A stretch of 64,000 bases of DNA from positions 126,480,001-126,544,000 of the forward strand of contig OX597817.1 of the NCBI GenBank assembly GCA_951406725.2. The letters are read 5' to 3'. The translations under genes were made by a program, and so were the position numbers. Positions 1-14,479 of the stretch are shown piece by piece. Every line of letters starts with the position of its first letter. Position 1 is the stretch's first letter. Below the pieces are notes generated by a model, which was given only the letters and a program-made list of their open reading frames with translations, was not told where the DNA came from and did not search any database. The stretch comes from Octopus vulgaris. Its lineage: Eukaryota.

Positions 1-149
1 TGTTTGTAAGGTATACAATAAAAATACATAAAGATAAATAATTAATAATAGTTAATAGAAGGATACATTTTGTACTCTGGGGAAATGCGAAATATAAAAA
101 CCACTGGTACTAAAGATAAAATCATATTTTTTATCACCATATATGGAAG

Positions 150-2580
150 GAATTGATTTAGGAAATAGGTAGATACATATTGTAATAATTAATAAGGTGT
201 AAATTTTCTGGGCTATATCATTTTAAGTTATCAATAATTATTTCTTAATTTAAGTCATAGAATAATCATTTCAACTCAAATGTTTTATTAAGTCAAATCA
301 CGATTGGGTGTTATAAGTATGATTTACAAAATGTATACTAGATCTAGTAGATCATATAAGTATTATTAAAGGTAACCAGCAATGGAATGTTGATATGTTA
401 AAAAGAATATTAAAAAATCTGATACTTCAAGATTATCAAAAAATTGTCAAAATTTACGAACGGTTACAATGATTCAACAATGATTCAACAAATAATAAAC
501 TATAACGGAAGAAGGATATAATTAGGAAGAGAAAAGCAAATAACAAATTAAGAAGTAAAAATAAATTAATGAAGTAATGCAGTTCTATTGGAAGGACGTT
601 ATATTAATTGCTATATAGAGTTTCAATGTTTAACCAATGGAGTTATAAACTCAGTATTCCATGTAAAGTTAAGAGATTAAATATATGGAATATCACAATT
701 TAGAAAGAGGAGTTTCAATGTATAAGGTATAAATGAATTGGGTGGCGAACAAGTTATTCATACACCATTGTTTGTTATATAAAGAAATAATATTATACCT
801 GACTATATCATTTTTCTCAGTATTCAGATTTTTACTAAAATAGACTCTGTCAGCCTGTCTGTTACCTCCCGAACATCTAGATAAATTGTTATTTACGCTA
901 TTTATGCAATTTGTATAAGTGTTTATATTATTGTTAGTATTGACCTTATTCATCCCATTTATATCATCGCAATTATTAGGTATACTAGACATTATTCCCT
1001 CTTTAATATATATATTCTACAAATATTATATATCTGGCTCTCAATCCCAATATATCTAGACCTATATGCTAGGATAGTTGAGCGTCTGGCCTTATGTTCA
1101 TTTTTAATAATTTATCATTATGCCTAGCGTCGCTATTTGTATTAGGTGAACTATTAGAATAGACAATATTCATAATATTGTTCGATTTAGTCTTAGCTAT
1201 CTGACTCTTTTGTTAAGTTAATATTATAGGCTTCAGAGCTCTCAGGCTGAGAAAGTGACTTTTAGGTAGGAAGTGTCTATTAGACAGGCGAAGAAAATGA
1301 CAGTTAAATAGATACACACCTCAAAACAAGAATCAAAGTTGCATCTTGCCTTTGTTAGAGCAGATTTATATGAGTGAGAATATGGGTTAAATATATCTAT
1401 ATTTTTTGATAATTGCGTAATTCCTTTCAAAATTTCATTTATTAGTGATTTTAATACATTAGGGGATGGCTTGAGGATCTCTTTACATACCAAATAATCT
1501 CCTCTGGTTTTCTATATGGATGATATAAAAAAGAATTTATATTCGATGCGGTGTTTAAGAAAATAACTACTTTTTTCTCCAAAAGTGAGAAGTAGGTTAA
1601 AGTGTTTCAAACATTTTCTAATTTTCTTCCTCATTCTTTCTATAACAGCCTTACTAATATTTGGCATAATAATTAATGCGTCTTCTCTACATAGGCCACC
1701 ATGCAGTTCAAGGAATTCTTTACTAGGACAGTGTAGGTGATAAGCACCAGGTAAATTCGTAACCTGAGCTGAGTCGCTTGAACCCATGGCTATATCAAAA
1801 TTATCAGATTTGTCACTTCTTGAGTTTACCCTCAAATTAGATAATGCTTTTCCTACCTAAGAGAATAATATGTATTTTATTCCTACTCAAATGAGAGAAG
1901 CCTTTACCAAAAGTCATGGACTTATTCAGAATAGGGGAGATGCTAGAATAGTAACTTTGATATCAAATTGCATGAAAGAGTATTTACTTAAATTATCAAT
2001 GTGATCTTATTACCACATCTATTGTATATTATTTTAGAATTTTATTCCAATATTTCTGAAAGTAATGAATCTAGGTAAAGCAGCTTCTGCTATCTACTCA
2101 GTATCATCCCATCCCCACCACTCCCTCCATTATTACTACCATATTCCTGGCCAATTTTGCCATAATTAAGCCGAAGTATCGTCCCATTACCTTTCAAACT
2201 TTTGTAGGCTTACCTAGTCTCGTAAACACCTAGTACTCATAAACACCTTACTTGAGATAAAAATCGAGACGATCTATAGGTAGAAGATTAGATAACTGGA
2301 TCATTTGTGTCAATTATCTTCTTCCCTATTATAAACTCTATGAATCCCTAAATTTTTCTGTTAAGTTCATTCTGCCAACTGAATGGGAGCAGGATCAATC
2401 TAAATATTTAAATCCGTGAATTTGTTAATTGTGTTAAATAAATTGAACTGTCCTTTATGTTTGAATATCATGAATTCATCTGACAAAAACGGTTTCTTTG
2501 CAACAAGGTATGTTCTCATTAATGAATTGAAGGAGTCGTTAGGTACGGTGGTAATGAATTGACATCTGTACCTGTTTGTT
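150..2580 (-). mobile_element. Decayed Penelope-like retroelement (RT + GIY-YIG endonuclease)
   Basis: Frameshifted minus-strand motifs occur in PLE order: SFMQFDIK (~1960-1985), NFDIAMGSSDSAQV and GGLCREDAL (YRDD-equivalent; ORF 1512-1835), PNVLKSL...LSKNIDIFN...YKSAL (ORF 1242-1493), then GIY-YIG C-terminal traces (TYIGST-like, ELK..YDLN.EII) at ~230-370. Confidence 0.75.
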
Positions 2581-3474
2581 ACTCACAAATATATGCATAT
2601 ATATGTATTCATGCTTATGCATGCATGCATGCATGCACACAGATATATATGTACGTGACCATGTACAGGTATATATATATTGAGAGAGATTGACTGATAG
2701 ATAGATAGAGAGAGAGAGAGGAAGAGAGAGATACGACAGACAGGTAGAGTAAGTGACTGTTAGATAGTTACATGCCTCAAAACAAGGTTCGAAGCCCGAT
2801 TCCGTCGCCTATTACTTATCTTGTCACATGAACGAACAGGTGCTGCATGGAGTGCTTTGTACAACAACAAATCGTAGATATAACCTTCTTTTATTATATT
2901 CTTTGTTTACTCATCTGATTCTGTTTACGTTTGGTCATCATTGAGATGAATTTTAATTTGTTCCTGTAATGAAATGATTTTATAAAGTATGATACTGCTA
3001 ATATATTTCTCATTTGTATAGAAAAATATTTACATTAGTGTGAAATCATCCACCGTTTGTTGAGTGTCGTGTCACAATCAAAAATTTACATGCGCTCACA
3101 TATGCATTGAAGGATTTCGAAGTTTTCCATTTATTAAAATCCTTGCCTGAAATGCAATAAATTGGGATTATATTGCAAACCATATACATTAGTTGCAAAT
3201 TTATAACTTGCGAAATATGGTTGCGAAGGTGGAGGTAAACGATAGGGACCGCACCTCCTTTCGGGTTTTTTACACGAATCCACTATATCGAGTACGGGAA
3301 TTCCGAATCTGTAAAAAAATTTGCATTTTAAAATTTCAATTCTCTCCCAATTACTTCGTTTTTCATTTTTTTAAATCTGTTTTTTTTTTTTTGCGAAATA
3401 CGTAGAAAAACACGGAGACTATGATTCGGACAACAAATTTCGTAAAATGGATGTGTATATATTATGTATATTTT

Positions 3475-3770
3475 AGATGTATATGTGTATAAATGTGTTT
3501 CTATATATATGTATATATACATATACATACATATATATATGCGTTTGTATATGCTTATGTCTTTGGATATGTAAGCGTGTGTATGCATGTTTTTGTATGT
3601 ATGTGTGTATTTATGCATATATATTTATATATATGTGTATTTATGCACATATATCTATATATATATGTGCGTGCGTGTACGTGTATGTACACGTTTATGC
3701 TTTATATATGTGTTTGTAGGTGTATGTATGTAGGTTTGTGTATGTATATATGTGCGTATATGTGTATATT
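3475..3770. repeat. Degenerate (TG/TA)n compound microsatellite
   Basis: Directly visible; source of the spurious YI/CV ORFs. Confidence 0.9.
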
Positions 3771-5380
3771 TAATAGCATTGAGCCCGTTTCCTATACACA
3801 AATGACTAATGGTAGAAGTAATGCGCAATATAACCAGTAATTTAAGATTTTTACAGAGTTCCTGTAGGTGTGTTCTTTCAGTTTCAAAATACGGTTTAAC
3901 GTCAAAATTAAGCGCTGATACACATTTACCCAATTTGATATTTAAGCATATTCATCTTTGGTTACCAAGCCCTTGTAAAAGATTGAATTTCTGTGACAAA
4001 TACATACCCATTAGTTTATATTAGGCATCTTATATATAGAACAAAACACTTTTAACTATTGAAAACGTTATTTCTTTAAAAAATAATAAAAAATATATTA
4101 TGATCTCCAAAATAATCTTTGTTACGTGTTTCGAAGAAAATTTGAATATGAGTTAGTACCTTCTTTCCCCGTTCCTGATGTATATGTATTTCGTGCCTGC
4201 ACACTATCTGAAATAGCACACCTAAAAAATAACAAACTTCTAATAATCAAGTGCAAGTTTCACATCCACTGTCAAATACTCGGAATAACTGTGATATAAA
4301 CAAGAATTGTATATGCATCTAATACAATACATCACAGTGACCAAGAACAACATTTAAATGCGCTAAATTTTAAACACATAATAATGCCAATTAAATGAAT
4401 AACAGGATGCCAATAGCAGTTTGTTGCACATATTGGCAAGCTAATTGACACCAGAAGTTAACTCTTTCAGATGTAGTGCTCTAAGATATAGATATAGCAA
4501 CTTATATCGATTAACTTATATGTAACAAGAATATCATTGCTAGAATGAGCCATTCCAATATAAAACAATGTAGTTCACCAGACATTATTACAGAAAACCC
4601 ATATTTCCACGAGCGAATACTATTTTTGACACCGACTTTCAATGGATCCCCATTAAAAGGTCAATTTTCTTCTTGATATTGCTTTGGCAATTGGATTTCC
4701 ATGATGTATTCGATGATTTGTTTTGAAATAAGTATTCTTAAGCAATTAAGACTTAAAAGTTAATGCTTCAAGGCACCATATGACATCATAATCAGCTAAA
4801 TTGATGTTTGCATTTTTATGGTTCTTTATTTCAAATTTCGCTTCAGTAAACATTGCTATTTCTTACTAATTTAGTTATAATTGATTAGTTATTTATGTTC
4901 TTTAGATTTTATTTCCCAGATTTACTAATAAGGAACGAGCCAGCTTGCAACTCAATAAAATATCCTGGTCATTTTAATTTAGATTATAAAATATGGCCAT
5001 CTATACAATGAAAGTCTTTACATAAGTGATTTGTAATATTTCACTTAAGTACACGCATATGTATATATCATATGTATGCATATAAATAATGCATGTGCTA
5101 GTCAATGTGTATGCATTTGTAAGAATGACAATGATTGTATATACATGTCTATGCATTCACATGTGTAAATACTACAGGCTAATGTTATTGAATGGTATGC
5201 TTTGCATATTTTTTTACGTGTCTTAAGTGGCATATCATTGCATCTATATAAGACTTCATCTCCTGGATGATTCTTTGTTTCGTGTTCCGAATTCCTAGTC
5301 TTACCGATTAGCTAGTTAATTATATACGTTTATGTATAAGTGTCATGCTTTTAATTATAATGTTTTCAAAATAATAACGA

Positions 5381-5382
<2 letters not shown>

Positions 5383-5419
<37 letters not shown>

Positions 5420-5556
5420 TACATATATAAATATATATATACATATATATCTATATGTATATATACATATATACATATATAAATATATACATACATATAT
5501 ATTTATATGTATATATATATATATTTATATATACATATATATATATATATATATGC

Positions 5557-5599
<43 letters not shown>

Positions 5600-5622
5600 T
5601 GTATATATATATATATATATAT
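5383..5622. repeat. (TA)n-rich microsatellite
   Basis: Directly visible. Confidence 0.95.
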
Positions 5623-7339
5623 GCGTAAAACAATTCTCCGTTATTACAAATTTGAAACATGAATGAATTACTCAAGTGCGAATGTAGATTCGTTTGCATG
5701 TACGCTTGATTTTATGTATATATATATATACACAAATATTTCGTGTCTGTATGTATATGTGTTTTTCTTCAAGTGGCTACATGTTTTCAGTTTTCGACTC
5801 TATGATTGTATGAATGTCTTGATCTGCTTCAGGATGGATTGAAGTCAATTCACGATAAACAGTCATCTTACGATCCGATAGTTATATGTAGCACAGAAAG
5901 TGATTGTGTGTGCATTCAGGGAAATGTACTGTTAAGTATATCCGTACATGCACGTAATTATGTCATTGCGAGAGTAATAAGGTTTGGCAATACATTTTCT
6001 AATGTGTTTAGAAGTGTATGTTGTTTGATACCAGTTAAAAAATGAAGGAAGAAAATGTATTTTATATGTTGCAAAAGATACCATAAACAATGTCTTTAAT
6101 ATCTGTGCAAGTGAGTACCAAATTGTTTTCTTTTATTATAGACCAAGGGATATATAATCCAACGTTATAGTATTTAGATTGTAGAATGTTTCGATTCAAA
6201 ATATCGGATTATATTCATGTAATAAATCTGGATAAAGTAAACTGACACTGATATGCGTATGAATCGATGTGTATATACCAAAGCAGAAACAAAAGTTCTT
6301 TTAACTTAATAACTTATTCACTGGTACGGAATGTCACACTTCAGTTTAGGTCTACATAATCCAGTCAACTAGATAATAGCTAAATACATTTCATACCCAT
6401 ATGGTAGAAGTGAAATATAATTTACCGTAACATTCGTTGATGCAGAAGACAAATACAGTTGTTATCTTAGAACCAAGTATTTCCAAAGCTATAAATGTGT
6501 GGTGGGGGTGTAGATTTAGATATATACATACATACATTCATACATATTTACGTAGATATATACGCACGTATCTTTCATAAATACACACACACACACATAT
6601 ATACCTTCCATAAATTTATTGTTTCCTCATGTGAGAAATAGGTCAAAATGTGATGACAGAATTTATTACAAACAAACTCAAAAGTTTGTTTTGATAGTGA
6701 GGATAAATGTCGAGTTGAAATTTCTGTGAATTACTTTCTTGGCATTGTTAGTCGAAGATAGCCCGAGAGTGAAAAGAGGTTTGTTAAATTATTTGACATT
6801 TCTTGAATTTTGAACCTGACATATCATTAGTTTGAAAGATTTCCATTTACTAGAAATGTAGATAAAGTGATAAGAATGTATGCTGGCTAGAAACATTGAT
6901 TTAAATACTTAATAGCATCACTTACAAGTGAAGATATCTTTGTCGAAAACATTTCTTGCTCTGAACCAATGCAATATATTATTTGGATATTTATAAATAA
7001 TACTTAGCATCAACATTATTCTGTTGAGTGAGATAACTATTCAAATAGTTTTAGTTCATAGGATAGGAAGAGAGCCAAGTTCCATTCTTATCGACCCTGT
7101 GGTCAGCCAAATGTATAACATTTTTAATTGCTTTAATCTATTCTTAGTTCTGGCATAGTTCAATGGAATAAACAAATCAGTAAAAATCCCTCTAAATTTT
7201 GGAACTTAGATACAGATTCTCAACACACTCGTTTACATAGTGTAAACGCATAGCCTTAAAAAATGTTTCGGTCAGTTCGAATAGGTTTGGGACAGCTTTG
7301 AAATGTCACAACGATATTACTGATGGTTTTCAACATGGC

Positions 7340-8260
7340 GAATCATGCTCCGTTTAGGCAAAGCGTGTAAAGTTCAAATGCTATTTTGTAGTTACCCCTA
7401 TGGATTGTGTTATGGCGAGAGTACGACACCGCCGGACGAGAATAGACGGCACCACTAGATATACATTTTAGCGTTCTGACAAAGTCGGTAGTTCGTAGTT
7501 TGGTCATTGAAGTCCAGGTACAGTCCGAATTAGTGTGATGGAAGTATTGATTGGTGGACACATATGTGTTTGTTAGTGCCGCTGTTTCTATTTTGTATTG
7601 TTATATCACTGTTACAATATGTTATTTATCTATCGTCGACAATATCAACCCTACTAGGATATTGGGAACATAAGGATATAACATCTGGTGTCGAGGAGAC
7701 TTTCGAAGTTCCAGTAGGCTAGTTCACAATTTGTGCGTCATTTGACAAACTATGGAGGACCCAATAGCTGCAGTAATACAGCTTCAAGAGAAGCAATAAG
7801 AACAACTACAGGAGGAGTTGCAGATGCAAATATTACAGCAACAGTTATCTGAGTTATAGTCAAGGAAGTTCGAAGATTCTGTAAGTTCGTTTACACCAGA
7901 TGGCGTGGGGAGCTCGATTTCTGAATTCACTTATAATCCGGAAGTGGGTATTACGTTTCCTGAGTTCTACAGAACATACGAATAAATTTTTTACAACGAT
8001 TACATGTCATGGTCGGATGAGGAGAAAGTGAGGCTATTACTACGCGAGGTAGCTCCGGGCGAGCGTAACACTACTGTAACTTTATATTGCCCAAGAAATC
8101 GAGTGGGATTTAATTCCAAGAAACTATTGAATTACTCTCAAAGATCTTTTGTGACAAGAGTTCGATATTTAACGCTCGAATGAAATGTTGTGTTGGAACC
8201 TAACAAAAAATTACGATGATGAGTTTAATACATATGCCAAAGTAGTCAAATGTATGTGTG
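7340..8260 (+). mobile_element. Ty3/Gypsy LTR retrotransposon relic: LTR end, PBS and gag pseudogene
   Basis: ...TAACA|TCTGGTGTCGAGG at ~7679-7697 fits an LTR end plus PBS. ATG 7752 opens MEDPIAAVIQLQEKQ*..., followed by ISEFTYNPEVGITFPEFYRTYE*IF...WSDEEKVRLLLRE...ILPK, a Mag/K02A2.6-like gag N-terminal pattern with stops. LTR start is approximate. Confidence 0.75.
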
Positions 8261-8414
8261 AAATATATGTTTGTTTTTGGTACGGGCTATGTAGAAATTC
8301 GAGACAAAATCAAATTTCCAATATATTTCATTGAGTCATATTATTATATTTTCTAAATTCGGAGTTTATTTGGCAATATTTCCAACTATACGTTCGGTAC
8401 CATAGTGGTCAGCA

Positions 8415-8580
8415 CATGGGGCAAAGGACGTAGCTGTATTACGTCCCTCTTTACCTTATGCGTTCAAATGCCAACGAAGTCGACCATGCCTTTCATCCTT
8501 TGCAGTTCGATAAAATAAGTACCAGTTGTGTACTGGGAGTGATGTAATTGACTTCTCCTCTCCCGAAATTGCTGGCCTTG
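8415..8580 (+). mobile_element. tRNA-derived SINE family A, degenerate copy
   Basis: gttcaaat...gtcgac...gcctttcatcctt...gataaaataagtaccagtt...tactggg matches the copies at 13.7 and 13.95 kb. Confidence 0.7.
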
Positions 8581-8750
8581 TTAACCGATATTTCGAACTA
8601 TGTGAAGTACTAAATGTTTTGACAACTAAACTAGTTTCACAAGAATAGTCAGTTTCATTCCTACAGGCACTAAGTTCTAATCATGTTGAGTATGCAGTCG
8701 TACACCGGCCAAGTGTTAGAATAAATACCTTTTCATCATTGTATTGGTGC

Positions 8751-8815
<65 letters not shown>

Positions 8816-9669
8816 CTATCTTATGCTGGTCGGTACATTGTTTGTTATAGTAGGAATGATCACTCTAATATTTATATACTATTCTAAACTTTAAATGCGG
8901 AGAATCGTTTGTATTTACAAATGTAGAGCAACGTTCTGTATGAAGTAGCATATATTTCATAATAAACATTAATATTGCATGTCTATATTTCATAATATGT
9001 TCCTGTGACTTATATGAAAACTTACCATTTTATGTTATTAAGTCCAATTCACAAGTATTTATCTAATAAATTTCAGTATTATATAATGATTGAAAGAGTT
9101 ATTTATTTACAAAATATTTTGTGAAAGGAGTCGGCTTAAAGAATAGGGAAGAAATATGATAAAAATATGTTTAGAAAACTATACAAAATCAGTAAATATT
9201 TACCATTGTTTGACAGAAAAAAACCTGTTAGAAAAGCTGCTTTTAGAAAGCATATAATATTTCCCGAATGGAATAAGGCATTGATAAATGGAAAACGCCA
9301 TGAATCTATTCAGATCTACAACACTTGTTGACGGTTGATTCATTATTAAATACTGCTTTATTCCACTAATAGAACATATTAAATATTAATAGTGGATCCA
9401 TGTTTATTGCTATCGGTTATCATTGATATACATGAGAATAAATTGTTATAGATGTTTCGGTTTAGTATTGCCCAACTTAACGTCTACCTTAATCGACCAA
9501 CCAGATAATTTGTGATTAATATAGTTTCATATGAATGCGAGATAATATAGTTAGAAGCTACAACATACAAACTATAATGAAGAATTTCATGAGTGTTCTT
9601 TTTGCAGAATTAAAATTCCCCGACTTTCATCTTTTTATACTCGATGAAGTAGCATTGTACCTAAAATTA

Positions 9670-9783
9670 TACATAGATACATACACACATACATAAATAA
9701 ATACATACACGTACATACATGCATACATACATACATACATACATACATACATGCATACATACATACATGCATACATACATACA

Positions 9784-9817
<34 letters not shown>

Positions 9818-9832
9818 CATACATATATACAT
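9670..9832. repeat. (CATA)n microsatellite
   Basis: Directly visible. Confidence 0.95.
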
Positions 9833-11233
9833 ATAAGAGGGATAATGATTTTATACTTCATCTTATAACCCAAAGAACAAAACAGTATCAGCCCTCATTT
9901 TCCAACAAATCACAATTTAATATCTGATCGTCCTCTCTTATGGCAATTAGTTGCTACCTTTTAATCAGCCGAGTTCATGTTATCATATTGATTGCAATGA
10001 AGAAAAAAAGTGCGGTTTTGCCCATCTTTTAGTGATGAATAACAGAATATATGAACAAGGATAGAAAAAGAATCATACATAATATAAATGTTTAGGAAAA
10101 CCATTATTAATATGAAAGAAAACACATCAAACTTTTTTTTCACATAAACTATGGGATTAAATAATCATGATGGTTTTTGCATATTACAAATACCTAATTA
10201 ACTCGATATCTGGAAGTGAACCACCTTAAGAAGAGTCTTTTTACATAAGGATATGATATCATATCCTATTATAATAATTATAGCCGCTCCAATGGCAATA
10301 GGCTAATGGAGAAAAGCGATGGGAAAAGAAAATGTTGACACACTATTGGAGATATACTTACACTGACATTAATGTTTCTCAAACAATTTCGATGCAATAT
10401 AGATATGAACAAATTATACAGGTATAAGCCAGAAAACAAGTTACTATATATAGCAAATGATCGATGCTGCAGTAAAAACGACTTCAGCAAATACATAAAT
10501 ACTTTGGAAAATAAGAAACATACAATTCAATCCTTTTATCTTAGAAAACGAGCGCAAAGACTGCATGGATTTTGACAGTGACTATGGCAATTGCATTTAT
10601 AGATGGTTTACACGCCTATAGGCACACACGCACAGGGATATATATTCATATGTGCCCATGAATGTGTGGACGGGCAGGATGTGTGTATGTCTGTGTGTGT
10701 TGACACGAATGATTCGCATGGCCAACACTGAAAGAACTTCACAAACTTGTGAGCACATTTCATTCAAAAAACATTCTCACATTCCAAATTATTATTTGTA
10801 TTTGATTCTTTGCATTCTTTAACTATCACTCCCCGAATACCTAGCAAACATCCCGCATCCTTAATGGATATGTGAAGTATTATAAACGCAGATATCGTAC
10901 TATATTATCTATCCTGATAAGTTTTCTTCTGCACTGTGGGGATGCCTTCGATTCCATTATATCGTTCACCACTCACTAGGAAGCAGTCCGGATTAAAGCC
11001 GAAACATAAATTCAACTTACATTACACCCTGTCTTCCCTAACAATGATTTGATGTATGCTAAACGTACACCCAGAAATTCACTACACAGACGCTCCTAAT
11101 AAAATGCAGTAGCGCCGATGATGCCTTGTAGCCCTACGTGAACGTACTCTCAGGGCACAATACTAGGAATATACCCAAACAACGTTTTGATACTATATAT
11201 TGAAAACTCCTAAATTTTAATTTCAAACGTAAC

Positions 11234-11264
<31 letters not shown>

Positions 11265-11513
11265 TGTATATATATATAAATATATATATATATATACATA
11301 TATAAATATATATATATATATACGTGTGTATGTGTGATATTTATTTATAATATTTGTTTATATATATATATATATATGTATATAATATTTAAATATATAT
11401 AAATATATTATATATATATATATATATATATAATACTATTATATATATAATATTTTTGTGTGTGTGTATATATATATAGATATATAAAATATTTATATAT
11501 ATATAATTTTAGG

Positions 11514-11550
<37 letters not shown>

Positions 11551-11580
11551 CTGTATGTTGTGTATGTGTATATATGTATG
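11234..11580. repeat. Compound (CT)n/(TA)n/(TG)n microsatellite
   Basis: Directly visible. Confidence 0.9.
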
Positions 11581-12225
11581 TTTCGCAAATATATGTAAGT
11601 GTAAGAACAGGTATTGTTTCATTTATTCTGAACATGTCATCAGTATACGCATCTAATACCTCTTATTTTCTGAACTGCTTACCTTACATTTCTTGCGGTT
11701 ATCATTTAACGTTATATTTCTATGGTATTGTGATTACAAATATTCTTTCTCATCATATTTGTGTTCAATCGTTTTGGATTTAATCTTCGGTATAAACAGA
11801 ATAAATGAAATTTTCATTTTTAGGAAATTACCATCATATATTCAATATGCATACGTTTCCTTAAATTTAATAGCATTTCTAAATCCATCCGCTTCGTGTC
11901 AACCACACAAGAATATCTCTGTAAAGAAATACAGTGCTATATATGTCGCTGTTCTGTGACAAGTGTCATTGCACATCAAGTAAACAATTTTGTGACTCCT
12001 TTAATTTGTGTAATATGTACTTACATATTCATGAATATTACCATATCGCGATGTTAAAGCGAAACGGTGTAAAGCAATTCTGAACGCATGCGTTCAAGCA
12101 TTTGTTCCTTAATTCATTTGGATGTCACAATGTTAGCAATACTGAAGGAGTGATATCAGTTAAGTCGAACAGTGTCAGATACGGAAATATTTGACTTTGG
12201 TGGAAATTAGAACGAATTTGCCTGC

Positions 12226-12261
<36 letters not shown>

Positions 12262-12283
12262 ATATGTATATATGTATATATAC

Positions 12284-12328
<45 letters not shown>

Positions 12329-12434
12329 GTACAAAGGATCCATATACTGATCTCCCATATTGTTGATGTAGATATATATGTATTCAGTCTTTAAACAAGC
12401 ATATTATTGGTAATGTGTCCCTAGCTGTGGCCAG

Positions 12435-12512
<78 letters not shown>

Positions 12513-13225
12513 CTGTTTACGTATTATTTGTGAATATGTTCGTCATTGATAAAGCAAAATTAAGGATATTAACAATCAAACCTACACCATCTCACCAAAT
12601 ATTTATCAATACGTCCATATACAGGAAATCATTAATTATAAACATGTATATTTGTTCAGATGCTTTAGTTCTTTCTCTCGTTTGGTTACACGTTTCTGAA
12701 TCTTCTTTGTTTTTTTTTTCTTTGTTCTACCCTTTGTATTTCACGCACACCTCCTATATGAATATGCATTCAGGTACACGAAAATCTGTGTGTGAGTTTA
12801 TAGGCGTTTCAGTATGATTTAAAAGCGTAGGAAATACAATTGCTTCAGAAGCATTTGATTCACGCAACAGAGCAGAGTTGGTATGAAATATCACAAACTT
12901 CAAAGAAATGAATGCAAAGGATATTAAATTGTAATTGCAACGTAAGATGGAGTTATTCATTTGATAAATATTTTGTTGTTATTTATTGCTAACTGGCTTT
13001 ACTATTGAAAATAATATCTGACTCAAGTTTTACTTTATAATTCAATAATTTCGGCAATATCTTATACTTGTGATTTTCTTTCCTTTTGGTTTCTCTGTGT
13101 GATGACGACCTGGAAGATATCATTCGAAATCAATACGATATTAAACAAAAAATTTACGTTCACGACTCTATAGGTACATACATACATATGTACGTGCATA
13201 CATATATACATATCAATCTATCTAT

Positions 13226-13304
<79 letters not shown>

Positions 13305-13707
13305 GACACTTTTATGTATTGTTTTTAATAAATTTTCTGCGATATGTTTCTTTCGTTATTTCTGTATTGAACGGTAGTTTCTTTCATTGTATGCTTATTC
13401 ATCTCTTTGTATAATATGTGATCCGTTACAAAAACGAAAGAAGCAGATGCGAGGAAGTGTAAGATAGATATATAAAATATGTGAAAAAAGATCACATGAA
13501 ACAAATCAATTTTAAGCTGCAAATTAAATGAATAAATTCTGATCCAAACCAGTGATAGCAATTTGTTAAAGACACTTGAGATACAACAGCAAGAATTCTC
13601 TTCGGTTTTAACATCCTATAATGCAGCGTGATATTAGTTCAAGTTCTTTATTTACTGAGTTGAAACACAACTGACGTTAAGTCTGCTTTAATATTTTCTA
13701 TGAAAAA

Positions 13708-13922
13708 GGCGGCGAGCTGGCAGAAACGTTAGCACGCCGGGCGAGATGTTTTGCAGTATTGCGGTCTGTCTTTACGTTCTGAGTTCAAATTCCTCCGAGG
13801 TCGACTTTGACTTTCATCTTTTCAGAGGTCGATAAATTAAGTACCAGTTACGTACTGAGGTCGATATAATCGACTGCCCCACTCCCCCCAAATTTCGGGC
13901 CTTGTGTCAAGAATAGAAAAGG
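13708..13922 (+). mobile_element. tRNA-derived SINE family A, full-length
   Basis: Starts GGCGGCGAGCTGGCAGAAACGTTAG (A-box-like), has B-box GAGTTCAAATTCC, and is flanked by the duplicated ttaagtctgctttaatattttctat. Confidence 0.9.
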
Positions 13923-13953
13923 TTAAGTCTGCTTTAATATTTTCTATAAAAAA

Positions 13954-14168
13954 GGCTGCGTGCTGGCATAACCGTTAACACGCCGGCCGAAATATTTTGC
14001 ACTATTACGTTCTGTCTTTACTTTCTGAGTTCAAATTCCGCGAAGGTCGACTTCGCCTTTCATCCTTTCGGGGGTCGATAAATTAATTACCAGTTGCGTA
14101 CTGGGCTCGATCTAATTGACTGGACCCCTCCCCAAGAATTTCAGGCTTTGTACCTAGAGGAGAAAATG
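13954..14168 (+). mobile_element. tRNA-derived SINE family A, full-length, adjacent second copy
   Basis: Same head, B-box and body as 13708-13922; flanked by atattttctat(a/g)aa. Confidence 0.9.
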
Positions 14169-14479
14169 ATATTTTCTATGAATTACGTGCATAGAGTTAG
14201 TGACACGCTATGCAGGTCCCAAGCATATATAAATCTAAACTGCATACGCTCTTAGACACAAGGATTGGCAATGAAGGCAATAGGTCTTTGTGTCACGGTA
14301 CCAAAATCGAAATTCTCGGGTTGTTTGGATTGATGGACCCTCTTAGTAACGTTTAACGTTAATACTGCAAGGCTTAGTTGAAATGCAATGCATTACAAAA
14401 GATGCTGGGAAAGAAAATTGGCTGTAATATGGCATTGACCCGCTCTGGATAATGCAACTTATTCTATATCTTTCTGTAG

